A stretch of DNA of 63,968 bases, the filler included, from Stramenopiles sp. TOSAG23-2 (taxonomy: Eukaryota): assembly GCA_900128395.1 (NCBI GenBank). It is 3 parts of 3 records of this genome, joined end to end, with 100 filler letters (N's around TTAATTAATTAA, not from the genome) between each part and the next. Parts side by side here need not be neighbours in the genome. Positions count along the whole stretch, not along the records: positions 23,190 to 46,214 come from LT649496.1; positions 46,315 to 63,968 come from LT649633.1; 1 more part is not named here. One strand, given 5' to 3'. Of the stretch, positions 44,330 through 55,500 are shown one piece after another (within the stretch, counting starts at the first letter, position 1; each line of letters opens with the position of its first letter). The position numbers and the translations under genes were made by a program. Under the pieces are notes generated by a model. The model was not told the DNA's origin and ran no database searches. It saw only the letters and a program-made list of their open reading frames with translations.

Positions 44330-45748
44330 TTACTCCCCATGTATAATTTCCAAAATGGAACCGATTGTACCACTAATCGTCATAATAATACCCGATACAA
44401 ATAAAAGCCAACATGCAATATATAAAAATCTAGATAAATCATTACCATTGTTAAATTTTATCATCATATATCCTGGTAAAACCAATCCTAATGTTCCGGT
44501 GCATGACCAACCAATTAAACTAATGAATGATCCAAAATCTTTTGCAAAAATAGCAACAATAACAGTTGTTGTTACCAATACAATTCGTATAGAATAATAT
44601 TGCATAGTTGAAAGTGTTTGATTTGTTGATGATGCATTCATCCTCATCGGATCATCATCATCATCGTCTTTTTTTTTCTCCGATGATGATGATGGTGCCA
44701 TCCATCCTAAAATGGTTCGATCAATTGTTTGTGCCAATGGATACATTTGAAAAGGATATGTACATAATATATACAATACCAATGCAATGCGACTACCAAT
44801 ACCTGCAGTTACAGTGAGTGGTATATTTCTTGTAATGACACTTTCCGTTTTTTTACCAAACATTAAACTACCAAACAGACCAAATAATGTATATAATATT
44901 AACATCGTTCCAATTGTTAAATTTAATACAGTTGGAAAATATTTCGGTTGTTTCATATTTGCTTGTAAACTTGGTATTTGTGTAATGCTTTCCATTGCAA
45001 ATGTACTAATACCACACATGATAACCAATCCATTGACATCTAACGATGGTAATTTCTGTGGAAATGCTGGTCGATTGGACTTACTTAAACCAAATGAAAA
45101 GATAAAGATAAGACCAATAAATAGCAACCCTAATCCAGCAGCTGCAACTGGTAATAAATTTTTCAATGTCTTTACAAAACTTAATACAAGTAATATTGGA
45201 AATATAAATAATACAACCACAACTCTTGAAAATGTTTCTGCAGGAAAAACGGATGAATGCAAATTATTTGTAATAAATATAGCATATGAAACGCAAACGC
45301 CTAGTTGCCCAACGACTACGCCCCACCATGCAGCACGCCGTGCCCATGTTCCAGATGCTAAAAATGCAATATCAATAAATTCAAGATATTCACGTTGACT
45401 ATATTTTTTAGATTTTTTCACAACTGAAGAAATATTTTGTCGTGTTATAATTAAACAATGCATTCCAAATCCTGTAATACAGGAAAGAATCAAACATGAC
45501 ATAATTCCACCTAACCAACCTGCTTTTCTAAAGCCAAATGGAAATCCTAATAAACCAGCCCCTAATGATGATTTTAATAAATTTAAAAACGTACCATGAA
45601 AGGAAACTTTATTTTTTTCGAGGATATTGTTACCTATATTGCCATTATTATTATTATTATTCGTTGGTGTATTATTTTTATTTTTAATTAATGGTGAATT
45701 TTCTTCAATAGCAATTGATTCCATATCGGTTGTACCATTTGATGCCAT
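44330..45748 (-). CDS. Amino acid/auxin permease (Aa_trans, SLC36/AVT3-like) transporter
   Basis: NLLKSSLGAGLLGFPFGFRKAGW, FAMES, MKQPKYF, TYPFQMYP; about 11 TM segments. Confidence 0.93.
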   Translation of the reverse strand: MASNGTTDMESIAIEENSPLIKNKNNTPTNNNNNNGNIGNNILEKNKVSFHGTFLNLLKSSLGAGLLGFPFGFRKAGWLGGIMSCLILSCITGFGMHCLIITRQNISSVVKKSKKYSQREYLEFIDIAFLASGTWARRAAWWGVVVGQLGVCVSYAIFITNNLHSSVFPAETFSRVVVVLFIFPILLVLSFVKTLKNLLPVAAAGLGLLFIGLIFIFSFGLSKSNRPAFPQKLPSLDVNGLVIMCGISTFAMESITQIPSLQANMKQPKYFPTVLNLTIGTMLILYTLFGLFGSLMFGKKTESVITRNIPLTVTAGIGSRIALVLYILCTYPFQMYPLAQTIDRTILGWMAPSSSSEKKKDDDDDDPMRMNASSTNQTLSTMQYYSIRIVLVTTTVIVAIFAKDFGSFISLIGWSCTGTLGLVLPGYMMIKFNNGNDLSRFLYIACWLLFVSGIIMTISGTIGSILEIIHGE

Positions 45749-46214
45749 ATTTGTATATCTTATATGTTATATTAAAAAAAAGAAAAGGTAGGAAAAAATT
45801 GATTGTTGACAATTGTGCTTGATGGATAAAGGAAAGTTTACATTGTTCTGTCGTTGTACTCTTGTTGTCTTTGTGTCTCTCGACTGTTTTTATATGTTTG
45901 TTTGTTGTGTTTTGTTTATAAAAATGAATGGGAGAGTATATTATATAGGGATATTGTATTTGTTAGTATATAAATATATAGATATATTATTTAAAGCCCG
46001 TTCATAGCTCATAGCCATAGTGAGCTGACTTATTTAAGGCTGCTCCACCCCCAAAAGTTAAAATAACAAGGGAATAGCATAGGCATTTTTCCTGTCTGAA
46101 AAGGCCAAAATAGTGATTATTTGGTGTTATTTGACTGATTTGCCTAATAAATATTTGATATCCGAAAAATAGCTTATTGACCGTTATTTCATAAAAATTA
46201 AAAATTCACAATAA

Positions 46215-46314
46215 NNNNNNNNNNNNNNNNNNNNNNNNNNNNNNNNNNNNNNNNNNNNTTAATTAATTAANNNNNNNNNNNNNNNNNNNNNNNNNNNNNN
46301 NNNNNNNNNNNNNN
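46215..46314. other. Artificial contig-joining linker N44-TTAATTAATTAA-N44
   Basis: Identical to 23090-23189. Confidence 0.97.
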
Positions 46315-46956
46315 AAAAGGATGAAATTGTTAAAATGACGATGTAATTTTTACATGTATTTTGTGTTTTTAAAAATGGATATTTTCATAATTTAATGATT
46401 TGTATGAATTTTATACTTTATTTTCGTCATTTCTGTAAATTAACAATTTATTTAAGTACAAATTTTAATGTAAAAATTCGATACCAGAAATTCTGCTATC
46501 CCTAATTTCTGAAAACAAGAAATGTCAAAATTATTTTGCCAATTGATAGGAAAAATGGTATACTAGTGGAGCCTAAGTTTAAAAAGGTATTTTCAATGTT
46601 TTTCCTTTGTTTTCATGTAATGAAATGAAAAATCCATCATCATAACAATTAAATATAAGAATTGAGGTTGAAAATGTTGATTTTAATAAAATTGGATGAA
46701 AAATATGCGAGTTGAGTGTGCTTGCTGGCTTGCGCTTCTTTCCAGCAGTAGCTAGAGCTACCTGGTAATATGCACGTATGCCAGGAGTAGATCTAGCACA
46801 GTACGGTTACAGGTTACAAATAATAAATTAAATAAGTATTATATCATAGAAACAAAAACAAATTTAATACATGTAAATACTGTATGTAAGTTTATTATCG
46901 TCCAATATTTATTTCATGAACAAGATCGTGGCATAAGAAAGCTTCTTCTTTCCACA

Positions 46957-48897
46957 ATGACTTCAGATTTTCTTAAGATGAAAGAGGAGTTCGAAGCAGA
47001 ATTATTAGAGGGTGACTTAGATATTGAATTATCAGATAGTTCTTCTAATGACAACTATGATGATGATTTCGAAGTTACAACGCCATTAAATAGTAATAAA
47101 GGAGACGACGCACAATTTTTTAGTAATGTCGAGAAAGAACTACAAAAAGGCCTAAAAAGACTGAATACTGGGCAACGACAATCGTTCAAGCACGAGATTG
47201 AAGACTACCATGCTAATGCTAAACGAGAGAAAGAACGCAGAAACACAGCGCGAGAAATTGAATCAAAAAAAGTACTAGATAAACTGAATAAGAAAAACAA
47301 CAATAATAAAACACCTCCTCGTCCTTCACCACCACCACATCCACCACCACAAAGATCTACTATAACTTTGGAAAATAATAATAAGAAGGAGATTCTAGGT
47401 GATGATAAAAATGTAGAAACGCCTCCACCAAAAACACCCACTACGGTCGATACGTCGCTAGATAATGATAAAACCATACAATGGTCCATGAAACAATTAC
47501 AAAAGGTCCCTATTGCAAATATCAACAACAATGCAGGAAGTGAAAAAAACAATGTAGATACACTGGGCGAATTAAAAGGGTTAATAAATAATACAAGCAA
47601 TGGTACATATCGAAATACAGCAAAAACATCATCATCATCATCATCACGTATGTCATTTAGCATAAATCCAGATTTTATAAATAAGCCAAAAAGTAATAAA
47701 GCAAAAATGAAATATTTAAGAAGTCGACAGTCAAAGCTGTCACATGAATTACATCGCGCATTTCGCTCAAATGACTTATCACTTGCTGACAGAATTAATA
47801 GCAAATTAGTGAAAATAAATAATGAATTAATTAAGTACAGTGGAAAAATTCAAGAAATAGTGACAAATGTAACTTTAGCTGACCAATCGTACAAATTACC
47901 GGCGAAGCAATCAATTCGCCACTTAACAGCAAATAAACCCATGGTACCAACAGTACTGTCAAGTAGACGTGACCACTCAAATAAAATAGAGATTAATAGA
48001 ATCATGAAACCAATAAATTGGTATGTAGAAGCGAAAGCAACATCACCATTGTTTAAAAAGCAAAACCACCGACCAAATTTTGAAACAACGAATGATCAGA
48101 ACACGAAAAACGATCATGATCATTATTTAAATAATACATACCAACAAAGCCCATCTAATTTGAAGGTAAAAAGTTTATCAAATATAAAAAATCATGAGGA
48201 AATAACACGGAAAGAAGAATGGTTAAAGGAAGTGAAAAATGATAGTTGGAATATCGTGAATAATTTAAGGGAAGAATTAAAGGAAGCAAGATTGAATGAT
48301 ACAGGCAATCAAATAGATATTATAAATGGTGCACAATATAAACGGCTGGTTAAAAATTATAATCAAAGTTACAGTTATGTAAAAGGTGCATTAGATATAT
48401 ATCTAGATAAAGAAGCCCAACGCCTTGCTGTAGAACCAAAAATATTAAATGAAGTCCAAACGTTAATTAGATTAACGGCTAGGGATATGGGTATTGATTA
48501 CAATACAGTTATGAAAAAAAAACGTCGGCCTCAATCTGCAATGCCTTTATCACGATCAAAGACTGGTTTTGAAACAATAACATTGGCATCTACCCATAAA
48601 AAATCAAGAAGGCCGAGAACGGCAATGCTAAAATCTTCAAACAGAAGGATTATTAGTAGTGCTGGTAGAAAAAATAGTAATAGAACCTATGGAAGAAGTT
48701 CCAGTGCTAAAAGTAGACGTAAATATATTCATTCAGCAGGTAGCAGAAGTAGCGTTGGAAACAAAAAAATGAATAGAAGTAGGCCAAGATCAGCGCATGT
48801 TACAAGGTTACGCAAAAAGGTAGAATCATCCAATCGTTTGTATTTCACTGGAAGCAACGATAGTATTGGAACGGATGATAGCAGCATTATGTATTAA
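46957..48897 (+). CDS. Hypothetical protein: acidic N-terminus, short coiled coils, basic tail with RPx(S/T)A motifs
   Basis: 646-aa ORF; RPQSA, RPRTA and RPRSA motifs; no recognised catalytic domain. Confidence 0.75.
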   Translation: MTSDFLKMKEEFEAELLEGDLDIELSDSSSNDNYDDDFEVTTPLNSNKGDDAQFFSNVEKELQKGLKRLNTGQRQSFKHEIEDYHANAKREKERRNTAREIESKKVLDKLNKKNNNNKTPPRPSPPPHPPPQRSTITLENNNKKEILGDDKNVETPPPKTPTTVDTSLDNDKTIQWSMKQLQKVPIANINNNAGSEKNNVDTLGELKGLINNTSNGTYRNTAKTSSSSSSRMSFSINPDFINKPKSNKAKMKYLRSRQSKLSHELHRAFRSNDLSLADRINSKLVKINNELIKYSGKIQEIVTNVTLADQSYKLPAKQSIRHLTANKPMVPTVLSSRRDHSNKIEINRIMKPINWYVEAKATSPLFKKQNHRPNFETTNDQNTKNDHDHYLNNTYQQSPSNLKVKSLSNIKNHEEITRKEEWLKEVKNDSWNIVNNLREELKEARLNDTGNQIDIINGAQYKRLVKNYNQSYSYVKGALDIYLDKEAQRLAVEPKILNEVQTLIRLTARDMGIDYNTVMKKKRRPQSAMPLSRSKTGFETITLASTHKKSRRPRTAMLKSSNRRIISSAGRKNSNRTYGRSSSAKSRRKYIHSAGSRSSVGNKKMNRSRPRSAHVTRLRKKVESSNRLYFTGSNDSIGTDDSSIMY

Positions 48898-48970
48898 TTT
48901 TTATACGATTTCGTAAAATTTTTTTACTCGTGTACTCGTAAATAACATCCCGTGAACGCACAACACAGTA

Positions 48971-50149
48971 TCAAAAACCAATTTCATACAATGTACCTTG
49001 TGTTAACATAAATATAATTGGATTCCATACAATTAAATACCTCAATGCATCTAATAATTGCGACCATACGACTCCTTGACTTTCCCATGGTGTCATTCCT
49101 AAAATGCTTCGTATGTTGACTTTTTCTCCACAATTCGGACAGGCGGTATGTTTGCCAACAATCATCCATCCTCTTAAACAGAATTCGTGAAATTCATGTC
49201 CACATTTTAATTTAACTACACGTTCTTCGCGTGTTAATGATCGTTGCTCAACATTGGATATATGATCATTCGCAAAATCTTGCCCTTCGATTAGCTCTTC
49301 TACATCTGGCCTTAATTGCACTGCACATAACGCACATATATGCCGCGGCAGCAATCGTTGTGGTTCATCATCATCTTTCTTACTGTATCCCATAGCTTGG
49401 TTCATACGCCAAGAACATAATTCTGCAAAATCACGTCCCAAGACACCAAAGTACAATCCATAAAATAACAATAATGTTGCATACGTACTGGTGGATTTTG
49501 GCAAAAATAATGCCTCGCGTATACCAAAAATTTCCAATAAAACAATAATATAGCCAAATACACCCATTGAATAGCAAGCACGATATAAATTGAAGAACCA
49601 AGAATAAACTAATCTTGGTGCATGTACATCTAACGGTGTCCCCATTGCTAAAGAACAATAGTATCCTGTTGAAAACGTAAATAAAAGCCAGGCAACAACA
49701 AAACGCCAAAAGTGAAAATATAAGCTAAAGAAAATAGGAAACAGCCACATGCCAAGTAATGTTACTTGTTGATAGGAACGATAATGTTTCTTTCTCCAAG
49801 TAAATAACACAATTTGACCACATACCATGACCGATAATAATAACATAAATACCATAGGGGCTTGTTTCCGTCTACGTCGAAATTTTTCAAGTCGTTCCAA
49901 TTCTTTTTTTTGTTTTGTATTAACTTGATGAAATTTACCTTTATGATGTTTAAAACCATGTTCATCTGTATAGACCATATTACCTTGTTGATCAGTTTTA
50001 TTTATTTCTTTCACCTGTATCAAGGCTTCTTTATTGTTATTGTGTTTATAAGACGATACAACAGCCGCAGAGCAAAAACATGGATGAAAATTTAACCACG
50101 ATAAAGATATTACAAAAAAAAATATTGTAGTAATAATTGTATTCTTCAT
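48971..50149 (-). CDS. RNF121: RNF121/RNF175-like multi-TM RING-H2 E3 ubiquitin ligase
   Basis: SYQQVTLLGMWLFP, FYGLYFGVLGRDFAELC, CALC...CGHEFHEFCLRGWMIVGK..CPNCGEKV, LLDALRYLIVWNP. Confidence 0.92.
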   Translation of the reverse strand: MKNTIITTIFFFVISLSWLNFHPCFCSAAVVSSYKHNNNKEALIQVKEINKTDQQGNMVYTDEHGFKHHKGKFHQVNTKQKKELERLEKFRRRRKQAPMVFMLLLSVMVCGQIVLFTWRKKHYRSYQQVTLLGMWLFPIFFSLYFHFWRFVVAWLLFTFSTGYYCSLAMGTPLDVHAPRLVYSWFFNLYRACYSMGVFGYIIVLLEIFGIREALFLPKSTSTYATLLLFYGLYFGVLGRDFAELCSWRMNQAMGYSKKDDDEPQRLLPRHICALCAVQLRPDVEELIEGQDFANDHISNVEQRSLTREERVVKLKCGHEFHEFCLRGWMIVGKHTACPNCGEKVNIRSILGMTPWESQGVVWSQLLDALRYLIVWNPIIFMLTQGTLYEIGF

Positions 50150-50891
50150 ATTGTTTTTTTTTATTATTTATTTTAAAATAATAATAAATATAAGTATAAC
50201 AACCTAATTTATACAATTTAGACAAATTAATACAACAAAATGAAATAAATAAATAATATATTATATGTTATGTTTTATATATAGTACCTTTGCCTTTATT
50301 ATATTATATAATAAAACATAAAATGAGAGGAAGTTATATGTTGCAAAAAGAAGTAGCAGAAGTAGAATATATCATTTTGAATTTTATTATTGGATACTTT
50401 AGTTGCTTTACATTAACGAAATTATTATAATATATATGTGGTACCGCGTGGTAAGCAGCTGGTAAGCCAGTAAGCTAAAGCACGTAAAAATTGTCAAAAA
50501 ATTTTTATTATTATTTATTAAGGTGCCAGCAGCATCTCACAGATAGAGAATAGAGAGGTAGGTAGTGGTGCTATTACCTGGTACGTACTAATAGTAGATT
50601 TAAGGAGGTTACTATGGTGCATCGATAAGTAACAATAAAGTAGTAGTAGTATAGTAGTAGTAGTATAGGTAAAAATAATTTTTTCAATATATTATTATAG
50701 CAACATAGCAACATTATACATGTATATAATATATAGACACGAATAAATATTAAATAAATATGTCTTCTCAACTAATTACAGAAGTATGTCGATAATGTTG
50801 ATCGGTAGAAAGAAGAAAATAATAAAGATCAAACAACCATAATAACAAAAAATAACAATATTTGAGAATACATATATTACATACAACAAGG

Positions 50892-52115
50892 ATGACATCT
50901 AAATTAAAACGATCATTGAATCCAAATTTTAATTGGAGACGATGGTTAGATAGGGGTAGTGGAAAAAAATTAAATATTCGAGACGCAATGGCAGAGGCAG
51001 CAAATAAAAAATCAACAAGTGTTTCTATGCAAACCTTATTAGACACTGGACGTGGAAAAAGATTACCTGATGGTTACGATTCGTCATCAATCATGGAAAA
51101 GGAAAGGAATGTAAAAAATCAAATAGCAAGTTTTCTCTATCGGGAAATGCCTGTTCGTTTTTCACATCGTGCACGTGAATTGGCACGTTTGCCACATGGG
51201 TTGAATAAACAGCCAAGTATAAAAGAAGTGGAAAATTGGTATTGTGAATCTTTTGCTGATATAGTGAAGTTGTCACCACCATCCACCGAGGCAGACGAAG
51301 CGATTTTCATGGATACATTGGACAATATATACAAACGCCATGCAGAAACACAAGTAACAATTGCAAAAGGTTTGCGTGAATTTTCGTTTTCACCTGAAAT
51401 TCAAAAAACTGGAAAAAAATTATATGAGTTTGAGGACATACATAAGTTTTTAGATAAATTTTCAACATCACGAATAGGTATACGAATGTTAATAGGTCAA
51501 TATTTAGAAATTGAAAATAGTGATCCGGATTATGTTGGATTGATATCGATCAATACATCTCCAGTTGATGTTGCTAATCAAGCTATTGATCATGCACGTT
51601 TTATGTGTGAAAGAGAATTTGGGGACTCCCCTATGGTCAGTATTCGTGGTAGGAAAGATTTGACATTTGCATATGTTCCATCACATTTATATTATATGCT
51701 TTTTGAATTGTTAAAAAATAGCATGCGTGCTACTTGCGATATGTATATGGACGAGGATGGTATGTATGATGGAGAACTGCCTGATATTAATATTATAATA
51801 GCAGATGGGGAGGAGAATGAAGATGTTGTGATTAAAGTCTCTGATGCTGGTGGTGGAATTCGACGATCCCATGTTAGTCGTATTTTTAGATATTTATTTA
51901 CAACTGTTAGAGATGAGCCAACAACAATTGAAGAGGCAAATAGTGATTTTGGTGTAGAAGGTCCATTGGCTGGATTGGGATATGGCTTACCAATTAGCAG
52001 AGCTCATGCAAGGTATTTTGGTGGAGATTTAGAAATTATTTCAATGGAAGGCTATGGAACTGATGCATTTTTATATTTAAGTCGTTTAAGAAACCATTCC
52101 GAACCATTGATGTAA
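50892..52115 (+). CDS. Mitochondrial alpha-ketoacid dehydrogenase kinase (PDK/BCKDK family)
   Basis: FLYREMPVRFSHR, SRIGIRMLIGQ, FELLKNSMRA, KVSDAGGG, LAGLGYGLPISR, SMEGYGTD. First ATG at 50892. Confidence 0.95.
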   Translation: MTSKLKRSLNPNFNWRRWLDRGSGKKLNIRDAMAEAANKKSTSVSMQTLLDTGRGKRLPDGYDSSSIMEKERNVKNQIASFLYREMPVRFSHRARELARLPHGLNKQPSIKEVENWYCESFADIVKLSPPSTEADEAIFMDTLDNIYKRHAETQVTIAKGLREFSFSPEIQKTGKKLYEFEDIHKFLDKFSTSRIGIRMLIGQYLEIENSDPDYVGLISINTSPVDVANQAIDHARFMCEREFGDSPMVSIRGRKDLTFAYVPSHLYYMLFELLKNSMRATCDMYMDEDGMYDGELPDINIIIADGEENEDVVIKVSDAGGGIRRSHVSRIFRYLFTTVRDEPTTIEEANSDFGVEGPLAGLGYGLPISRAHARYFGGDLEIISMEGYGTDAFLYLSRLRNHSEPLM

Positions 52116-52545
52116 ATAGTCGTCTAGAGCTAGAGTTTCATATAAAAAATGATTATTTGACGGACATCTTATAAATATTTGATACTTACCTATGGTGGTA
52201 GTATACTAAATATTATACGTATAATACTAAATATTATACTAACCCAATTCCGGCTTGCAATTGGCTATTTTTTTTGATATTGTTTTTGAAAATTTTATTA
52301 TTAGAATATAATACCTGGTAATAGCACAATACCACCAAATAAGACGGCGGTGGTAAAAATAATATAATATATAGATACTGTATATAATATATAAATTCTT
52401 ATAAATTGAAAATAGAAATACATTAACATCTACTTAGATATATTATATTTTTAATTCAGCCATATGCAAAACAATATACTACCTGTGAATATATATACAA
52501 CTTTCATATATATTCACACACGCACACATACACACAAATAGCAAT

Positions 52546-55500
52546 ATGGATGGTAGCAAGGAGGAATATAGTGATAGTGAAGTAAATGAAGAACAATATG
52601 ATGAAGATATTGATTTTGTAGATGCAAATACAATAAACACCAAAGTTAATTCTATGACAATATCAACAGAATCTTTACTGAAAGAATTACATGTTGCACG
52701 AAAATCTTTAGATCAGACTTTGACACATATGATAAGATCTAAGAATAAGGGTAGCAAAATAAATAGGAAGGAAACCAGTCAATGGATTGATAATGTAAAA
52801 AAGATTGTTTCCAACGCCAGTTCGAAAGATGAATATATTAAAACTGTTATAGGTACACTAAAGGAAACAAATACTGGCAAGATGGATCAAAAGACGGAAG
52901 ACGCTATAAAAATGGATGACGAGGCAACAAACCCTTCAACAAAACCAATACCATGGAGATGGTTGGAAAAAACTGTATACACCAAAAAGAAACCGAAACG
53001 ATTCAATGCAGAAGTACTTGAACTAATGAACAAGCAAGCGAAAAAAGATGTTGAGCGAGATTTATTTATAATAAATGGAGTAGACGTGCCTGGTACAATC
53101 GGTTATGATAATTTATTAATTGCGATACAAGCTACAGTGGAAGGCTTTGATCCTACATTTAATGACGATGAGAGCTTCAAAATAGCAACCGATATTTTAC
53201 GTTTTGCAAGTAGAACACAATCTAGTGGTGCTGCGTATGAAGCTATGACATATATATTTTCAAATCAACGTTTATGTACATTTCTACCAGAGTCACAAAT
53301 TGCGCCACCAATAATAATCGATATAGGTATCGGGAAATGGGGAGATGACTGGGGTCTAGGTGTATCTTTAAGAGCCGCAAGTGTTTACAAAGTTGCTGGC
53401 ACGAAAGCATTGGAAAATGCAAGTAACGATGAAGAAATTCAGCAAGCTACATGGTTTCATATGGAAGCAATTTATGACCAAACTCATTGCTTAAATGCAA
53501 TCGAGGCAAAACAAACAAATACATATAATGCTGCACAGTTAAGAGCAACAGTGGCTTTTGCACAATTTGGTGCTGCTGGATTGAATAAAAAAAATCCACG
53601 TAATTTAGAAGGCGATGATAGTGATGATAAAATAGAAGAAGAAAACGAAAAAGATTCCGATTTTGATACTGATAGCAATGATGATGATGATGATGACGAC
53701 GATGATGAAGATCAAGATGTGATCCAAGAATATGACGAGGATGCGGAAGATGATGAAAAAGATGAAAATTACGAATCGATAAAAAATAAGTTTAGAAAAG
53801 ATGCAGACCCATTGTACAGATTTGCTGGGTTAAAACTCGCTGATATGACCGCAGGAACAATTCCTACGGAGTCCAATGCGTCTACAAACGGGGATGACAA
53901 GGAGGAAAACAGGATTGTAGATACAATCAACGAAGTTTATTCCTTTGGTAGAAATGAAAGTGGTATGCTAGGTATGGAGGATAACCGAGGAAGATTGAGA
54001 CCAAGCCCAATAAATTTTTGTGGTGTAGTCGAATTGACTCGTGTCTCTAAGGTTAGCTGTAGTTGGTACCATAGCGTCGCATTAACTGATGTTGGCCTTT
54101 TGTATTCGTGGGGTGACGGTGCTGATGGTGCGCTTGGTCATAGAAATAGAGACAACGTCTTACAACCTCGGTTGGTGGAATGGTTTACAGAGCAAATGGT
54201 AGCAGCGAAAGATATTCACTTAGATGATGATGATTTAGATGAAAATGATGAAGCTGGGCAAGAAGAAGCAATGGGCAAACGTGGGATAGATCCAATATTG
54301 TTGATTGATGTTGCATGCGGCGCCGATAAGATTGGCGCGCATACGGTAGCATGCTCAACCCGCGGTCGTGTATATGCTTGGGGCGCAGCCGGGGCAACAG
54401 GACATCGCATAACAGTTTCTATTACAGCTCCTAGAATTATAGATCACCCAAACGTGATCCGGTCTAAAATAAAATCAGTTGCCGCGGGCGGTAGCTTCTG
54501 CTTAGGCTTAAGTATGAAAGGTTCGGTGTTTTCATGGGGGAGATTTGCAAATGGGCGGCTGGGGCATGGTATTTTACCATCGGCAAGAAGGCAGAAAATA
54601 CGCAGTTTATCAAGGAGACAGGTTCCACGATTCTTACTATTTCCAAAACGAATTGATCGTCTAAAGGGCACAAGAATTTCAAGTATTTGCGCTGGGGAAA
54701 GCCACGCCCACGCAGTAGATGAGGATGGCAATTTATATTCTTGGGGTAGCGCTCGATGTGGCCAACTAGGATTAGGAGAAACTGGAGACCAATTGTTTCC
54801 AGTTAAAGTGGAGGAATTTCGCATTGAAAATGGTGCATTGATCACCGATGATGATGTTGTAATTAAACACGTTTGCGCTGGGGCTACACACTCTATGGCG
54901 GTTACAGTGGAGGGAGATTTATACACATGGGGCGGTAACGGTGGCGCTATGCTAGGGTTATCTGCTGATCATCATGGCGACACTGCAGTTGTTCGTTCTA
55001 GCGGTGCGCTAGTAAAAGCTTCGCGATACATAGACGACGCTGAGGATGATGAAGGTGCCAGCAACGAAAAATTGCGCGAGGAGTCTGCATGGTTGCGTCC
55101 ACGATTAGTTACTATGTTCAATGGTTCACAAAAAAAGATAGTAGACATATCAGCTGGAGTGGAACACTCCGTTTGTCTATCTTCCGATGGGATGGCATAC
55201 ATTTGGGGTGGTGGTTTAGATAACGATGTTGATTTATTTGCAGAAAATGTAAATGTTGGAACGGCAAAGGCATTAGGCGTACTTGGGGACGGGAAGCTTC
55301 GTTCGATCGAACCAGAGCCAACGTTACTAGAAGCGGCTGAGTTTGATGGTGTTGCACAGAAGAATATCCGTGCTATATCTTGTGGTGGATGGCATACCGT
55401 GCTTGTAACACAGGGAACACACTTAGGCAATCAAATGCGCAAACCAATGAAAGCTGGTATGGGCGTGAAGGCAGAAATTGGAACTTTTGCTAGCGATTTA

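Noticed and set aside
52182..52200. ATACTTACCT resembling the U1 snRNA 5' end
   Set aside because: Downstream sequence is AT-rich and lacks U1 stem-loops and an Sm site.
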